Shown here: positions 1-12,055 of the stretch, piece after piece
Layout of the letters: every line of letters begins with the position of its first letter
How positions within the stretch are numbered: the first letter of the stretch is position 1
Assembly (NCBI GenBank): GCA_030248215.1
Contig: JASANG010004128.1
Location: 248,001-312,000 of the forward strand
Reading direction: 5' to 3'
From: Enoplolaimus lenunculus
Lineage: Eukaryota
Length of the DNA: 64,000 nucleotides
The notes under the pieces: generated by a model
Databases searched by the model: none
Told to the model about the DNA's origin: nothing
Seen by the model: the letters and a program-made list of their open reading frames with translations, nothing else
Position numbers and translations under genes: made by a program

Positions 1-840
1 AATAGAAGTACAGCCAGCGTTTTATGTAGGTCATTTACAAATTAATAATTTCTTCAAAACAAGTTTCACTTTTTACGTTCAAAGTAAAAAAACCAAACGG
101 TCAATGAAATGCAAAATCTAAGTTTTAATATTTAAAATAAGCGGAACTAAACCACGCGCTACAGCTTAGGTTATTGTTCAGTTAAAGCGCTAGAGATAAT
201 ACGCGAATAAAAGTGTTGTAGATTAAAATTTCTGATTCCTTTCCCAATCTGTTTCACCCAATCAGGTGCGACTTTTAATTCATACAGACAATGACTACTA
301 ATTACTTGTAAATTCTCATCTGGTATGTTAGAAATAACGTACAGGTCCGTAGCCAGCTCACAATTTTTCAGCAGGAGCATTCAAGGGTTTTTAATGACTT
401 GCAAACAAGGTTGAAAATTTCGTAGGGGCCAAAATTTTTCCAGCGGGGACTGAGCCCTCACTGCACCCTCCCCTTGGCTACGGGCCCAATAACGTAACCC
501 TATTCTTAACAATAGTTATAGTCAGTTAAAGACACCGAAACATTAAAACAGTTGTCCAACAATTTGAACTTCTATTTTGTGTTCTGACAGATCAACAATA
601 TAAATTGTCAAACGAGCTAACTGTTGACGCCTATGCAAGTGTTTTAGAAAGTAAACTCCAGTTTACGCCAATAACGCCATATATAACATCGGCTGTCAGT
701 AGCATACATGTGAGCAGCACTAAACCTGGTTATCTCCATCAAAATAATATTTTAGCACACTGGTTGAAACAGGACCGTGATTAGAAATGACCTTAATCCC
801 TATACTTTGAGTATACTACTGAGCAAATTGAAACGCTTAC

Positions 841-945
841 TTTTGCACGAGATTCTTTAGCACTCATTCGGTGAGCACGGAAGACTTTAGCAAACATCGA
901 TCCATACGACAGCGAAAAGCCATACATTAAGAAGCATAGGCGACT
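841..945 (-). CDS. GABBR1: GABBR1 exon 14 (TM3, [17 protein letters not shown])
   Basis: tttcag acceptor, GTAAGC donor. Confidence 0.88.
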
Positions 946-3900
946 CTGAAAGAAATAGCATTCAAAGTTATTCTAAGTTTACTTGGCGCTGGTAAGCGAT
1001 TATTAAATTCAACGCTGACCTCAAGTGAACATTGGGTCTTGCGAGACACTGCTTTTTGAGCCAAAAATGAATTTTGACAATGAAACGATTCTTGACGGCA
1101 AAACGACTTTAGCAAACGGTATTCCGGTTGTTTCTTGATTGCCTTTATAGTTCAATGCGTGATTGCTCGATTTTTAATATAGTTCATTATAAAGCTTAAG
1201 TTTGATAGAAAAATAATATGAATAGATTACAAGGCCAGCCTGAACGCAAACTTAAAATAACTTTGAAGGAGCACTTTGTTACTTTATATAAAGTGAAATT
1301 GTACTATGGTTTATAAATTATTAATCGAGCGTTCCTACATTTAATACCATACAGAAAAACTCTGTCTATCACTGTGATCCTAACCGATTTAAATTCAAAA
1401 TTTTAAGTAACCAAACTGCTAACAAAAACTATTCATGGTAAAATCAACATACGTGACAAAGAACAGCGAAACCATGCGGTTCAATATAGGCTCCGTCGGC
1501 TGCCACTAAGTACACTGCCAAATTGCAGCAAATGCAGCCAACTAGAAAAATACTGTTGCACAGCGGTTGTGATTCATAGATATGTCTGCAACAAAACATC
1601 GCGTTCTAAAGATGTCGAAACATCTCAGATACTGTCTTAAGCTCGAAGAAATCTTTCCTAAGCCTAAGCCTTAACATTTTCCTAAATTGTTATATAAACT
1701 AAAACCTGGAGGCGTTTACCATCGCCACACCACTATAGGTACTTGAAACTCCAGCGCGAGGCGGCTCTCACGTCATTTACAGATAGTAATCTGTGCATGC
1801 ATGACTTAATCGTTTAGTAAATCTGTGTCTCGCATATTATTTCTCGTGCACAATTTGCGCTGATTTGCTGCACAGTAGAAAACGCTTAATACAATTGCAT
1901 TACAATACTGCTATTATCAATAAATGAAGGTTTTGATATACAGTAAAAGTTTTGCGTAGTTGCAACAGTAGCGGTTTGAGCTGTTAGCGAGTGATGACGT
2001 CAATCCAAATAGTCTTTTTCATAACCTATAGAGAACAGACTTGTGAATAATGTTTAAATAAGGAGTTCGGGCAGACGCTTACTCAAACAATCAGGTATTT
2101 TTAGCAATTGCTCATTGTTAAAGTATAGCAGGTATATGCTGTAATTTAAGTTTGGTTTCATTTTAAGAAACATCACAAATCACCTCGGAATTGTAAAAAT
2201 CACTGTTATCTTTCCAAATTCATTTAAAATGAATCTAAAATTCATTAGGAAGGTTGGTTGAATTTTCAGCAATCAATTACATCACGAGTATATGGTTACA
2301 TTTATACATGTATTTGGTGCCAAAATTTCTATATTGACAATGTTCACATTTTGGTTGCAATTTTATTCAAAGACTTTACCTGCGAATTCGAAACCAGTAA
2401 TTGAATGCAAGACATATGACTGCAAATACGATAGCGAGAGCGCTCAAAATAAAAAAGGTATACGCAAGCCCCGACGAAACGTGAATGAGTTGAATTTTCT
2501 TCAATGTTGAATCTGGAGGAGCCATGTTATCTTAAACATACAATGACAAACTTCAAAACTGACTGACTGTTAAATTATTTAAATTTGACAAAACTCGCAC
2601 AAAAAATAATACGCCGTTCACAATAAATTTAAACCACAGCCACCGATTTGTACAAGTATTGTGGACACCGTGTATACAACTTTAAAATTATACACACGTT
2701 AGCCCCAAATTACCTCAATTTTCTACGCTAGCATCACCGGAACGCTTGTCACAAAAAAGCTACGCAGAAGAAATGACTTCGGTGAATACAGTTCCACATA
2801 GTTTTCTTTTGAAAATATCGCGACCAATGTATGTTTAAATGATAAAAATAAAACGAAATCCGCAAGTATAAAGGAATTTGGCGTTCAAAAAAATTTTTAT
2901 TGGAGCGAAGTATGCGTATGCCAAGCACTCCCAATAGATGATTCACCAAGTGACTGTTAAATTCTCAAAAAGCTCAACATGTGCGAAAATTCAGAGCAGG
3001 CCACTACATTTTAACTTGTTATTCTTACCGTGAAACTTGATTTTATCTTCAAATAACGTCATATTAAACGATGTATAATCGTAATAACCAATCTTGACAT
3101 AGCTTCCGTCTAAAAATGTTTTCAATATTAAACTCTATCAAACACCATCTTTCAATGTCCGCAATACACCGCAACTATACTTATCTGTTAGCATCGAAAA
3201 TAAACAAATTACGCCAATTTTTGTCATGTATCTACGTAACCCATTTTCGCCAAATTTACCACACTTAAAGCCTACTGTTTCCACAGATCATACACAAAGC
3301 AGCATATTTTATAGTCAAAGACGCCGACAAAATATTGGTTTGAAGCGTGCAAGTAAGGAGCAGTGGGAAAATGTTCAAATTAGATGCTGCCGCTGTAATT
3401 CCGCATTTCCAGAAACATTTATTGAGCGAAGCGAAACTCCGAGCGAAGCTCGGAGTTTGGCGAAGCGTTTTATGTTTTGTATTTGGGGTCGAAAGGTGGA
3501 TGTCCGTCCGTCCGTCTGTCCGTCTGTCCGTCCGAAAAGAATCTCAGGAACAGCTGAACCGATTTTGATAAACTTTTTTTGTTTGAAAGCCAATTATCTT
3601 GGAGTGTTAACCTCGCATTGGGGTTTGAAAATTTTAAGCCGTTTATTAGCTACAGGCTAATTTGCATAATTAATAAAGCCTAAATTAGGACTTTCCACAA
3701 TATTTAACTAATTATTACAGTTAGAAGCCATCTAATTTTAGCACTAAAGGGTTTTTGGGTGCGAGAAATCTGCGTAGACTGTTTACAAATCTCCAAAACG
3801 GATAATTGAGCAGTTAGCTAATAGATAATTTGCATATTAGCATAGTTTATAAGCCTAAATTAGGACTTTTTACAATATTTCACTAATTATTAAGGTTAAA

Positions 3901-6900
3901 AAGAATATAATTTCAGTACTAAAGGCTTTTTAGGTGCGAGGAATTTAAATAAGTTGTTTACAAACCTCCATAACCGATAATTGAATAGTTAGCTGATAGC
4001 TAATTTGCATATTAGCTTAATTGACCAGGCAAAATTCGGACTTTTTAAATTATTTCAATAATTATTAAGGTTAAAAGCGATATAATTTCAGCACTAAAGG
4101 GTTTTCGGGTGCGAGGAATCTGAATAAATTGTCAACAAACCTTTAAAGGCGATTATCGAATAGTTAGCTAATAGATAATTTGCATATTTGCTTAATTGAC
4201 GAGACAAAATTAGGACTTTTTGAATTATTCCAATAATTATTAGGGTGGCTGAAAGGTTTTTGCGTGCGAGGAATCTGAGGAAATTTTTTACAAACCTCCA
4301 AAACCGATAAATGAATAGTTAGCTAATAACTAATTCGCATATTACCTTAATTGCTTACGTGTGTTCGAGCTCCGCTCAATACATGTAGTCCCACTACGAC
4401 TGGTTATATACTACGACGTATATAAAAATTGTTTTAGGAATTGGGAAAACCAGGCAAACTGGTTTTATCGTATACCTTGCATCTGTTCTATTTGAGTCCA
4501 AGCAATACGATCGCCTTGATCAGAAAATTTGACTTTACCCTATAATAAAACTGAATATTCAACCTAAGTTAAAAGTACCACATTCAAGATTATGAATTGC
4601 AAAAATTGAACGGAAGCGTCCTTATCATTTTATCACCAAAAATTATCTAGGGAGAAAAATTGCAAAGTTTTGTCACAAAAAATTTCTGAGGATTCCTGCA
4701 TTCATTTTGGATTTGGATGAAACAAATTAGTTATCTAACGTTCTTTAGAATTTTAAACCAAGGAAGGGTGTATTCGTAACAAAAGTATCCTTTTTGGCTA
4801 GCGAAGTCGTACCACTAAACGAAAGTTCTCTTAACGTTTGTAAGCAACCAGAACATTAATTTTCAGTGCTTTTGTTTAATCGAAATCAATGTTGCTATGT
4901 GTGACAAATTGGGTAAACACAGAGGCAGAGCAGTCTTAAATGACAAGAAATTTGCTGAAAGTTATCTGCCGAATTCAAAAAGAAGTGCGTTCGATTCAGT
5001 GGATCAGTGTAAACAATTTTTAATCAGGATTGAGAAGCGTACTGGTGAAAATTTCTCAAAATTTTGAAATTCAGTTGAAAATAATACACAGACGAATTGA
5101 CAGAGTTGGGTATTTTTCAATTAAAATAATTAAAATAATTACAGGTTTAATTTAAACGGCACAAAGACAAATTAAAAATTTACCGGTACATTTACGGATT
5201 TTTAAATTCAATGATGAACCCTTTGCATGTAAGACGCATCCTTCATCTGAGGGGTATCGAAGTGCAAAACACGCCATTGGTTTCAATGAAATTAACTACA
5301 AAACCATTGGAAAGTGATGCACTTACTGAGACACCATAGAAATTTGTTGATTTCATACATGCATATAGATCATCGAATACAATAGGTTTATCATAGCGAA
5401 AATCTTCAAGTTTTAATCCTTTAGCTTTTAGCGCGTTATCGGTGCAGTTTAAAGCGATTGCCATGGCCCTAAAATATAAAGTATTCAACTTCATTCAAAC
5501 GTTTTAGCTGGCGGCTACAAGATTTGGGTCGAGGTTTGGCTCCACCAACCTAAAGTTTACGTGTTTGACGTATTTAGACGTATTTATCGTATATTTCACA
5601 CATATTTGTCTTGTATTTCAGAAATATTTGTCATAATCATTTGTGAAACACACTCTTTAATTTAAGACATTTAAGTTAAAAATTTCAGACATAGATTTCT
5701 GAACATTTTCAGAAACTAATGTCTTGTATTCAAGACATATATGTCAGAAGTCTAGATTAAGGCATAATTGTTTTGAGTCTAAGAAAATATTTCTTGAATA
5801 TCAGAAAATGTTTTCTGCATGTACGCTACGCCCTTGATTTAAACGCCTTAGGTAGTTAGATTTGTCTGCAACAGGGTGTAACCGTATATTCGTTTCCATT
5901 TCCAGTAAAAATCTCCGTATCCGTTTCCGTTATAGAAATAACAGAAATTCTGCTATTTGTACGCTGGAAATTAGTTATAATTCACGTGTATATCTCCGCA
6001 ATTTATCATTGCAGATATGCTGCAATTGTTCGAAATATAATAAAATTTACGAAATTAATACAAAATCTTAAAAATGTCGACGTGTCCGCCTTTTTTCTTT
6101 TAAATTTTAGAAAATCCGGTGAATATTTCCACGTCTCAATTGTGTTGGCAGCAAATAAAACATCTTTGAAACATTTTAAACTTCAATATCCGTTTTCCGT
6201 TTTCGTCCTTTTGATCACTATCCGTTCAGTTTCCGTTTCTGTTATTTTTACTATCCACTTACACTTTGGTCTGTAATGATCATGCTGATTACATAAAGTC
6301 TGTTGAACGGTTTACTGAATCGCTAGCTCAAGTAGACTTTTCCGTTTAGTTCGTCTAGAACTATCCTTACTTAAGGTTACCAGAACACCAAAAACATAGA
6401 TCTTACCAAACTGCATCGTACGCTAAAGGTGATTCAGGGTAGCCTTTAGTTTGCCAAGGAGGTTTCTTGAGTTTCTTGTCCAAATGTTCTTTGAATGTCT
6501 TCGCGGTCTATAAATTACCTTGGCTTCAATGTCCATCTGGTGGTGAAAAATACTAAATCTGGAACCGAATGTCCGCAGAACTTGCCAGAGTCGGAGGTGA
6601 CGCGAAATTAGGTAGTTTAAATAATGCTTAATCTGCTAATTTTAGCAAATATGTGAAAAGTTTTAGCAAAAATTTTGGTTTTAGGTATGTTTTTCCGAAA
6701 AAACAACAATTTCTTTTCAAAATTTTACCAAAACTTAAAGCCAATGCGCCGAACAATACAATCCTTGCGACAGTATAAAAAATTTCACTACCGAAATTAC
6801 TGCAACATCCGTCCGAAATTCTACCGAAGCCGAAAGTCAATTTTTTTGTCGCAGCCGACGCCGAAGGCAAACCTCCGGTTGCCTAAATAGAACTTTATAA

Positions 6901-9900
6901 AATCTAGCATTGTTCAACGCAAATGCGACCTACAGCACATAGCATGCCCAAAAATATTAATTGCAATACTTGAAACAAGAGCAGAATATTTTACGTCATC
7001 CAGCAGTTGTAACCATGTACTGCACTTGGTCATAAAGTTTTAGTTGCTGCCCATTTAAAGCTACCAAGAGCAAGTAAAAAGATTAACAGCCTATCCGGTA
7101 CAAAAATATGATTATACGTACTAAATACAAAAATACCGACTCTTACATTTTCCCACTCGTTAACAGATTAAGGCTTACGCTGACAGGTGATGGTTTCAGT
7201 TTAGATAACGATTTAGGAAAATGTTAAGGCTTAGGCTTAGGAACCATTTCTTCGAAACGTAGGCCAAAGCTTGAGATTAATCCCAAGCCTTCAAGAAAGC
7301 GTTCAAGAAGCCTTAATACCATATTAGCGATTCCTGGTATATCGCTGTTCGACCACATCATAGCTTCAGTAGTAAAATGATATTGTGTTGCTTGTTGCAT
7401 TTCTTCTCGAGTACAATTTAAGTTTTCATCATCGAGCGGAACATACCAATTATCAGAGTACCATCCAATTAAAAACCATACATAACGTCTGCCAAATAAA
7501 CCTTCTTTGTGAACCTATAACAACTTAGACGGAATCACAAAACAAAAATAGCTGAATAAATACTGATAGTATTAATTGAATGCTTTTTATTTTACTCTGG
7601 ATACTGAAGGAGTGATATGATTAGCATGACCATATTAAAGCACAATTTTACTGCAAATCTCTAGTTGTTAGAGCAACCGTGTAACTTTTGTAGAACGCCA
7701 TTAAACCAGGGTAAAATCATAATTTAATCTGATATACAGTCGTCTCAAACAGTTACAGCACCTGTTACCCGCAAGATTAAACTTTTTATCTAAGCTAAAC
7801 GATTGACATGTAGTTTTTAAAGCACAAGAATTTTGCACTGCTACAGGTATAAAGGATAGTCAAAGAAAGCAGCATAACATGCTAATTTTTTACTTCTTAA
7901 TTGCTCGTCATTAGCTATCAACAAGTACTACACATTGATATTATTGATAATATATAACTACCAGAAATAGTTGTAGATCACCATGTGCCCCTCGGCCGAT
8001 GTTACTCTGACGGGTGTTCAGGGTTTTTGCCGGACTCCAATTGCGTAAGCTTAAACGTTAGACTAATTTTTGCTAAGCCTTAGAGTTACTCTTAGCAATA
8101 TGTTTATAGTACTGTGTGACGCACCTGAAAGTAACACTGGTTCAAACCTCTATACCTGACAAAAAACGCTTCTTGCTTCACTTTCGTAAAACAAGCCAAC
8201 GATTATTCTTGCGTCTTGCCGCTGTAATGTAAAAACCAAACGTTAACACACAGGTAATATTCAGTCACACCATAGAAATATGATCTAAGAACAGAAAGAC
8301 CACAAACATGCGACTAATGCTTTATAATCACCTGATTTAAAAACAAAAATGATTGTTAAATAGTCTCAGTTAGCTTGAGCAAAATCTACATAAGTCGCAA
8401 AATACAAGAAGGCCTTGGTCTTGTTAATTACCTTCAGGCTTTTCACAGCATCCTCAGGATTATTTGAAAAACTTTGGCGAGCGACCAGCTTTTTGGCTGC
8501 GGTTTCAATCATTTCTTCTAAATCTTGGGCAGTCTGAAACAAAAAAATATTTTGAAAGTTAAAAATAATGATTTGTAGCTAAACGAGTCACTGCTGCAAT
8601 CGTTTGCACTGTATGGCGGCTGTTTGCGGTTTATGATGGCACGATGACTGTCATGCGGCACCGTTTGTCCCCGTCCGTTACCGTAGGGTATCGTACACAA
8701 GACGATGACATACGATGACGCATGGCCACTGATAACACAACGCTTAGAGTTGTATCCGCAAAACTCGACGGCTGATGAGCAACAACTGAAGCGCAGACTG
8801 CAAATGAACCTCAATTATAGATCGGAATCGAAAATTTTATACCGCAATCGAAACTAATCGGATCTAAAAATTTTCAGACCCATACTATTTTATTAAATTG
8901 AGAAGCTTAATAAACACACACAATTTGTAGAACTGCTCAGCACAGCTTCTACTCTGTATATACAGCTCACTAGTTATATGGTACGGAACATTCTTGTGCC
9001 ATGCAACCGAAAACGTTATGTATTCATGATATTGTGAATTCTACACTATAGTGGAGATGATTCTTCAGTGAATACTTCAAATGAAGCTTGAATCTCGGTT
9101 TTTCAGATACACGCACGACATTCCGTACTATTCTTGCTGGTATAAATTAAATATATCCATTTATAATAGCAAGAATGGTCCATGCCATAGCATCTATAAA
9201 TTTTCATTAATACCTTTGACGTTCCCTGTTCGTAAATCCTGGATCCACCCCTGATCTTGATACTAATAATTGTGAAATAAGCCACCCACCACACGCAGCA
9301 AGTGTCTATTTACCGACTGAAACAATTCTTCGACAGACGACAAAATAGCAATTTTATTCCAACCATATTTTTCAAATAACGCCAATCGCGTTGGATTATG
9401 AATTGTTGCAGACGGATGAGTGCGAAACATTGTTGGAAATCGTTTGCGATCCGATAGTGCAGGTGAGCTAGCACCATACGCGACCTAAGATTGAAATCAT
9501 GTGCGTAGCAAACGACAGTTTCAGTGGTCAATTTTCAGATTGTGATTTTTATTCATGGGGTTTGATAACACCTTTCTCATTTGTTTAATACAAACGACCC
9601 CCTTTCGAAACTTTTTAGTTTTTTAGAACATAACGATAACACTTATTCTTACACATTATCTATATATCTAAACACTTATGTTTATGAAAATAAGCATACG
9701 GGCTATTTTGTTAAAAATAGTGGCGGGGAAAGTTTGACCAAAAATGTTACTCTCTCTCAGTTTGAATGCGAATCGCAGTAAAAATACAGTTTTTCAAAAC
9801 ATACAAGACCCCTACAACATATTTGTTTTAAGCTTCGTACCGCTTCGTGCGTATTTGTTAATAAGTGGCATGAAAAATCAGGACAGAGTATCCTGAATAA

Positions 9901-11888
9901 TGTCGCGCGTTTGAATTTTGAAACAAGACATCTTATTTTCCGGTTTCATTGTTTTGAGGCCCGGTAACCTTGAATGTTAGAATAAAGAATCGCCTAAGCG
10001 AATTGGATTAGTAGAGGCTGGCACCGCAAAGACCGTCTAAATATAAGTTTTAAGACAAAACTGGCAGATCTTTAGCGAGGTTCAGTAAGGCGGTGTCTTT
10101 GTCCACAAAACTGTATTCGAATCAGAGACGAGGCCCGAGGCTCTTCAGTCCACCTCACCAGTGCCAGAACAGGCAGGGGTGGAGGCTCCCCCCAAATTTC
10201 AGAGTGGTGGCTCCGAAACTCGCGAGCGAAGCGATCGAGAAGCCAGACGCATTTTAAAACTTAAGCGGTTTTTGTTTCAACCGGTTAGAGTGGGGGCCGC
10301 TATAGGGGTGGGCCCCCAAATTAGGGGGTATGGGGGTGGCTGCTCCGGCCCTGCACCTCGCTCTCACCACGCCCTGGATGTTCTATAAAATTGTTTGAAT
10401 CACTTTGTTGATCATAGACTTACTACAACTAAATTCCATAACGGTGCTGCTTCGGCGACAATGGTAGTTACAAGACTACATCCAGACAGTATCATTAATT
10501 TAACGCGTTCAGGTTGATCGTATAAGAGTTTGTACATACTTTGTGCACCTTTGCCCGGTTCACACTGAAACAAACTAATTTTATGAATTGTAAACCACTT
10601 TAATTATAACGGCGAAACAATTAGTTTCACAACTGCAGCATACAGTCAATTTGTACATCACACTACACCCAACTGACTATTATTTTAGGAATATTAACAA
10701 CACTTTGGCTGTATTGGAGAGTCTTCTACGTCTAATACTGCATATTTCAGTTTCCAAAATAGTTTTGCGCAGTTTTCTGGCATGCAACTGAACGGTAATA
10801 AAATACTCAACAAATTTCACACCGAAAACTACAAGTATTAAATCTGTGTACATAGCAACTTTATATTAAACTGTACAGCAGTGTGTACAAGGTTAGTATT
10901 TACTTTATAGTTTTTGCATCCTATGTTTAACGAACCTGACTGTCCATTTCTACCATTTTCAAAATGTAATTGTTTAAAATGTCTGAACGCATATTGACGT
11001 CTTGCAATGCCATATTTGCCGCAGGTCGACAAGCTTGGCCTCCAGCCCATCCTCCTGTATAAAACCAAGTGACAGCTTTAGTTGCTTTTAAAATTACAGT
11101 TTGTCTCATTTTTAGGTTTATGCGTAAATAATTTTAAATCGCAACAGGTGGAACATATGGTGCAAAGGAGTCAAGCATGACTCTTTAAACAAGAGTATAC
11201 AACTCACCTAAAATTCCCATAGTGCAAAATTTAAAGCTGTATAAAAGTGTACACCCAGTTGCATACTCTTGTTCAAAGCAAGCCATATCCTTTGGCAGTC
11301 ATGCTCAGGTGGCGAGAATTGCGCGAACTGAATACGGCAGATGCAAACCTAAACTGCGAAACTACAGAAAAGTTTCGTGACAAGCACATTATGCATATTA
11401 ATTCTTGTAATATAATCTCTTTGAACAAAAGTGAAAAGAGCACGGCGTAAACCAGATATTCATCTCCATTTCGGGTCAAAATTTCTATTTTCGTTAATAA
11501 TGCAAACACAGGAATTTCCATTATTTTCATGCTCATAATTATGTGGATATAACTTGAGTATTTGAAACAGTTACTTAGGAAATTTAGACATCAGATTTTG
11601 AAAATTAAGTGCCCCCATTTTTTTTCTACGAAACTTTACATAGCCCTACGAGTGAAACTGTCCAAAAAATAACACAACTTCTATATAAACAGCGATGAGG
11701 GGGGAAACGTTTACTTTCAACGAAGTCAATACTAGCATAAACAAGTTTTTCTTACCGTGTTCGGCTGACATCGGAAATATACCACCGATTACGAGTTCCT
11801 TCTTCCCAACTGACGTAATATATTCGTCTGACTGAACATAGTTCAAAACCAATGTTCCCGCTAACGTTAATAAAAACACCCGACACAT
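841..11888 (-). CDS. GABBR1: GABA-B receptor subunit 1 (class C GPCR), 14 exons in window, 3' part runs off the left edge. Exons: 11756-11888, 10936-11054, 10424-10564, 9314-9484, 8432-8533, 8156-8221, 7320-7514, 6407-6507, 5327-5468, 4476-4539, 3029-3109, 2380-2530, 1453-1585, 841-945
   Basis: All junctions are GT-AG with matching phases. The spliced translation gives a signal peptide, then [110 protein letters not shown], then TM1-TM3 ([13 protein letters not shown]). These are GABA-B1 Venus-flytrap and 7TM motifs. Confidence 0.93.
1453..1585 (-). CDS. GABBR1: GABBR1 exon 13 (SQPLCN, TM2)
   Basis: SQP.N motif, AG/GTATGT ends. Confidence 0.85.
2380..2530 (-). CDS. GABBR1: GABBR1 exon 12 (PPDST..., TM1)
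   Basis: PPD linker plus hydrophobic TM1 ending [11 protein letters not shown]. Confidence 0.85.
3029..3109 (-). CDS. GABBR1: GABBR1 exon 11 ([10 protein letters not shown]...)
   Basis: ttttag acceptor, GTAAGA donor, phase 1-1. Confidence 0.85.
3418..4405 (+). mobile_element. DINE-1/HINE-like (Helentron-associated) non-autonomous element with about 4 internal ~180-bp tandem units
   Basis: 5' ATTGAGCGAAGC versus 3' GCTCCGCTCAAT subterminal inverted repeat, (GTCY)n microsatellite at 3502-3533, tandem array 3655-4350, short 3' hairpin. Confidence 0.7.
4476..4539 (-). CDS. GABBR1: GABBR1 exon 10 ([21 protein letters not shown])
   Basis: Conserved motif, AG/GT ends. Confidence 0.88.
5327..5468 (-). 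CDS. GABBR1: GABBR1 exon 9 (AMAIALN...LEDFRY...FYGVS)
   Basis: ttttag acceptor, GTAAGT donor. Confidence 0.88.
5872..6268. mobile_element. hAT-like MITE (CAGGGTGTAACC family)
   Basis: Imperfect TIR; 8-bp flanks GTCTGCAA / GTCTGTAA. Confidence 0.65.
6407..6507 (-). CDS. GABBR1: GABBR1 exon 8 (...[13 protein letters not shown])
   Basis: Conserved PLAYDAVW, phase-2 GTAAGA donor. Confidence 0.9.
7320..7514 (-). CDS. GABBR1: GABBR1 exon 7 ([23 protein letters not shown]...)
   Basis: Conserved motif, 65 codons. Confidence 0.9.
8156..8221 (-). CDS. GABBR1: GABBR1 exon 6 ([22 protein letters not shown])
   Basis: Conserved motif, AG/GT ends. Confidence 0.9.
8432..8533 (-). CDS. GABBR1: GABBR1 exon 5 (TAQDLEEM...VKSLK)
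   Basis: tttcag acceptor, GTAATT donor, 34 codons. Confidence 0.85.
9314..9484 (-). CDS. GABBR1: GABBR1 exon 4 ([26 protein letters not shown]...)
   Basis: Highly conserved Venus-flytrap motif, 57 codons, AG/GT ends. Confidence 0.92.
10424..10564 (-). CDS. GABBR1: GABBR1 exon 3 (CEPGKG...[20 protein letters not shown])
   Basis: tttcag acceptor, GTAAGT donor, 47 codons. Confidence 0.9.
10936..11054 (-). CDS. GABBR1: GABBR1 exon 2 ([21 protein letters not shown]...DSQ)
   Basis: ttttatacag acceptor, GT donor, GABA-B1 motif. Confidence 0.9.
11756..11888 (-). CDS. GABBR1: GABBR1 exon 1 (signal peptide, [14 protein letters not shown])
   Basis: ATG at 11888, hydrophobic leader, GTAAG donor, phase 1. 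Confidence 0.85.
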
Positions 11889-11963
11889 TCCTTGCTTTCT
11901 ATTGCCAAGGTTTAAGCCATGTCGTTTTTAACATTGTCAAAAACTAATAAAACTCAAAACATT

Positions 11964-12055
11964 CCATAAAGCAGTAAAGACTGAAAACAACGACTTGTTT
12001 GTTATATCTCCATAAAGCAGTAAAGACTGAAAACAACGACTTGTTTGTTATATCT
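11964..12055. repeat. Perfect 46-bp tandem duplication upstream of GABBR1
   Basis: CCATAAAGCAGTAAAGACTGAAAACAACGACTTGTTTGTTATATCT twice. Confidence 0.95.

Noticed and set aside
171..380. 69-aa minus-strand ORF as the next GABBR1 exon
   Set aside because: No TM4-like sequence, and the phase-0 reading from the best AG stops after five codons
3226..3660. 144-aa ORF and its overlapping ORFs
   Set aside because: They read through the GTCY microsatellite and the end of a repeat element; no protein features
10290..10345. G-quadruplex-like G tracts
   Set aside because: They lie in a GC-rich repeat-like intronic patch on the non-coding strand; no evidence of function
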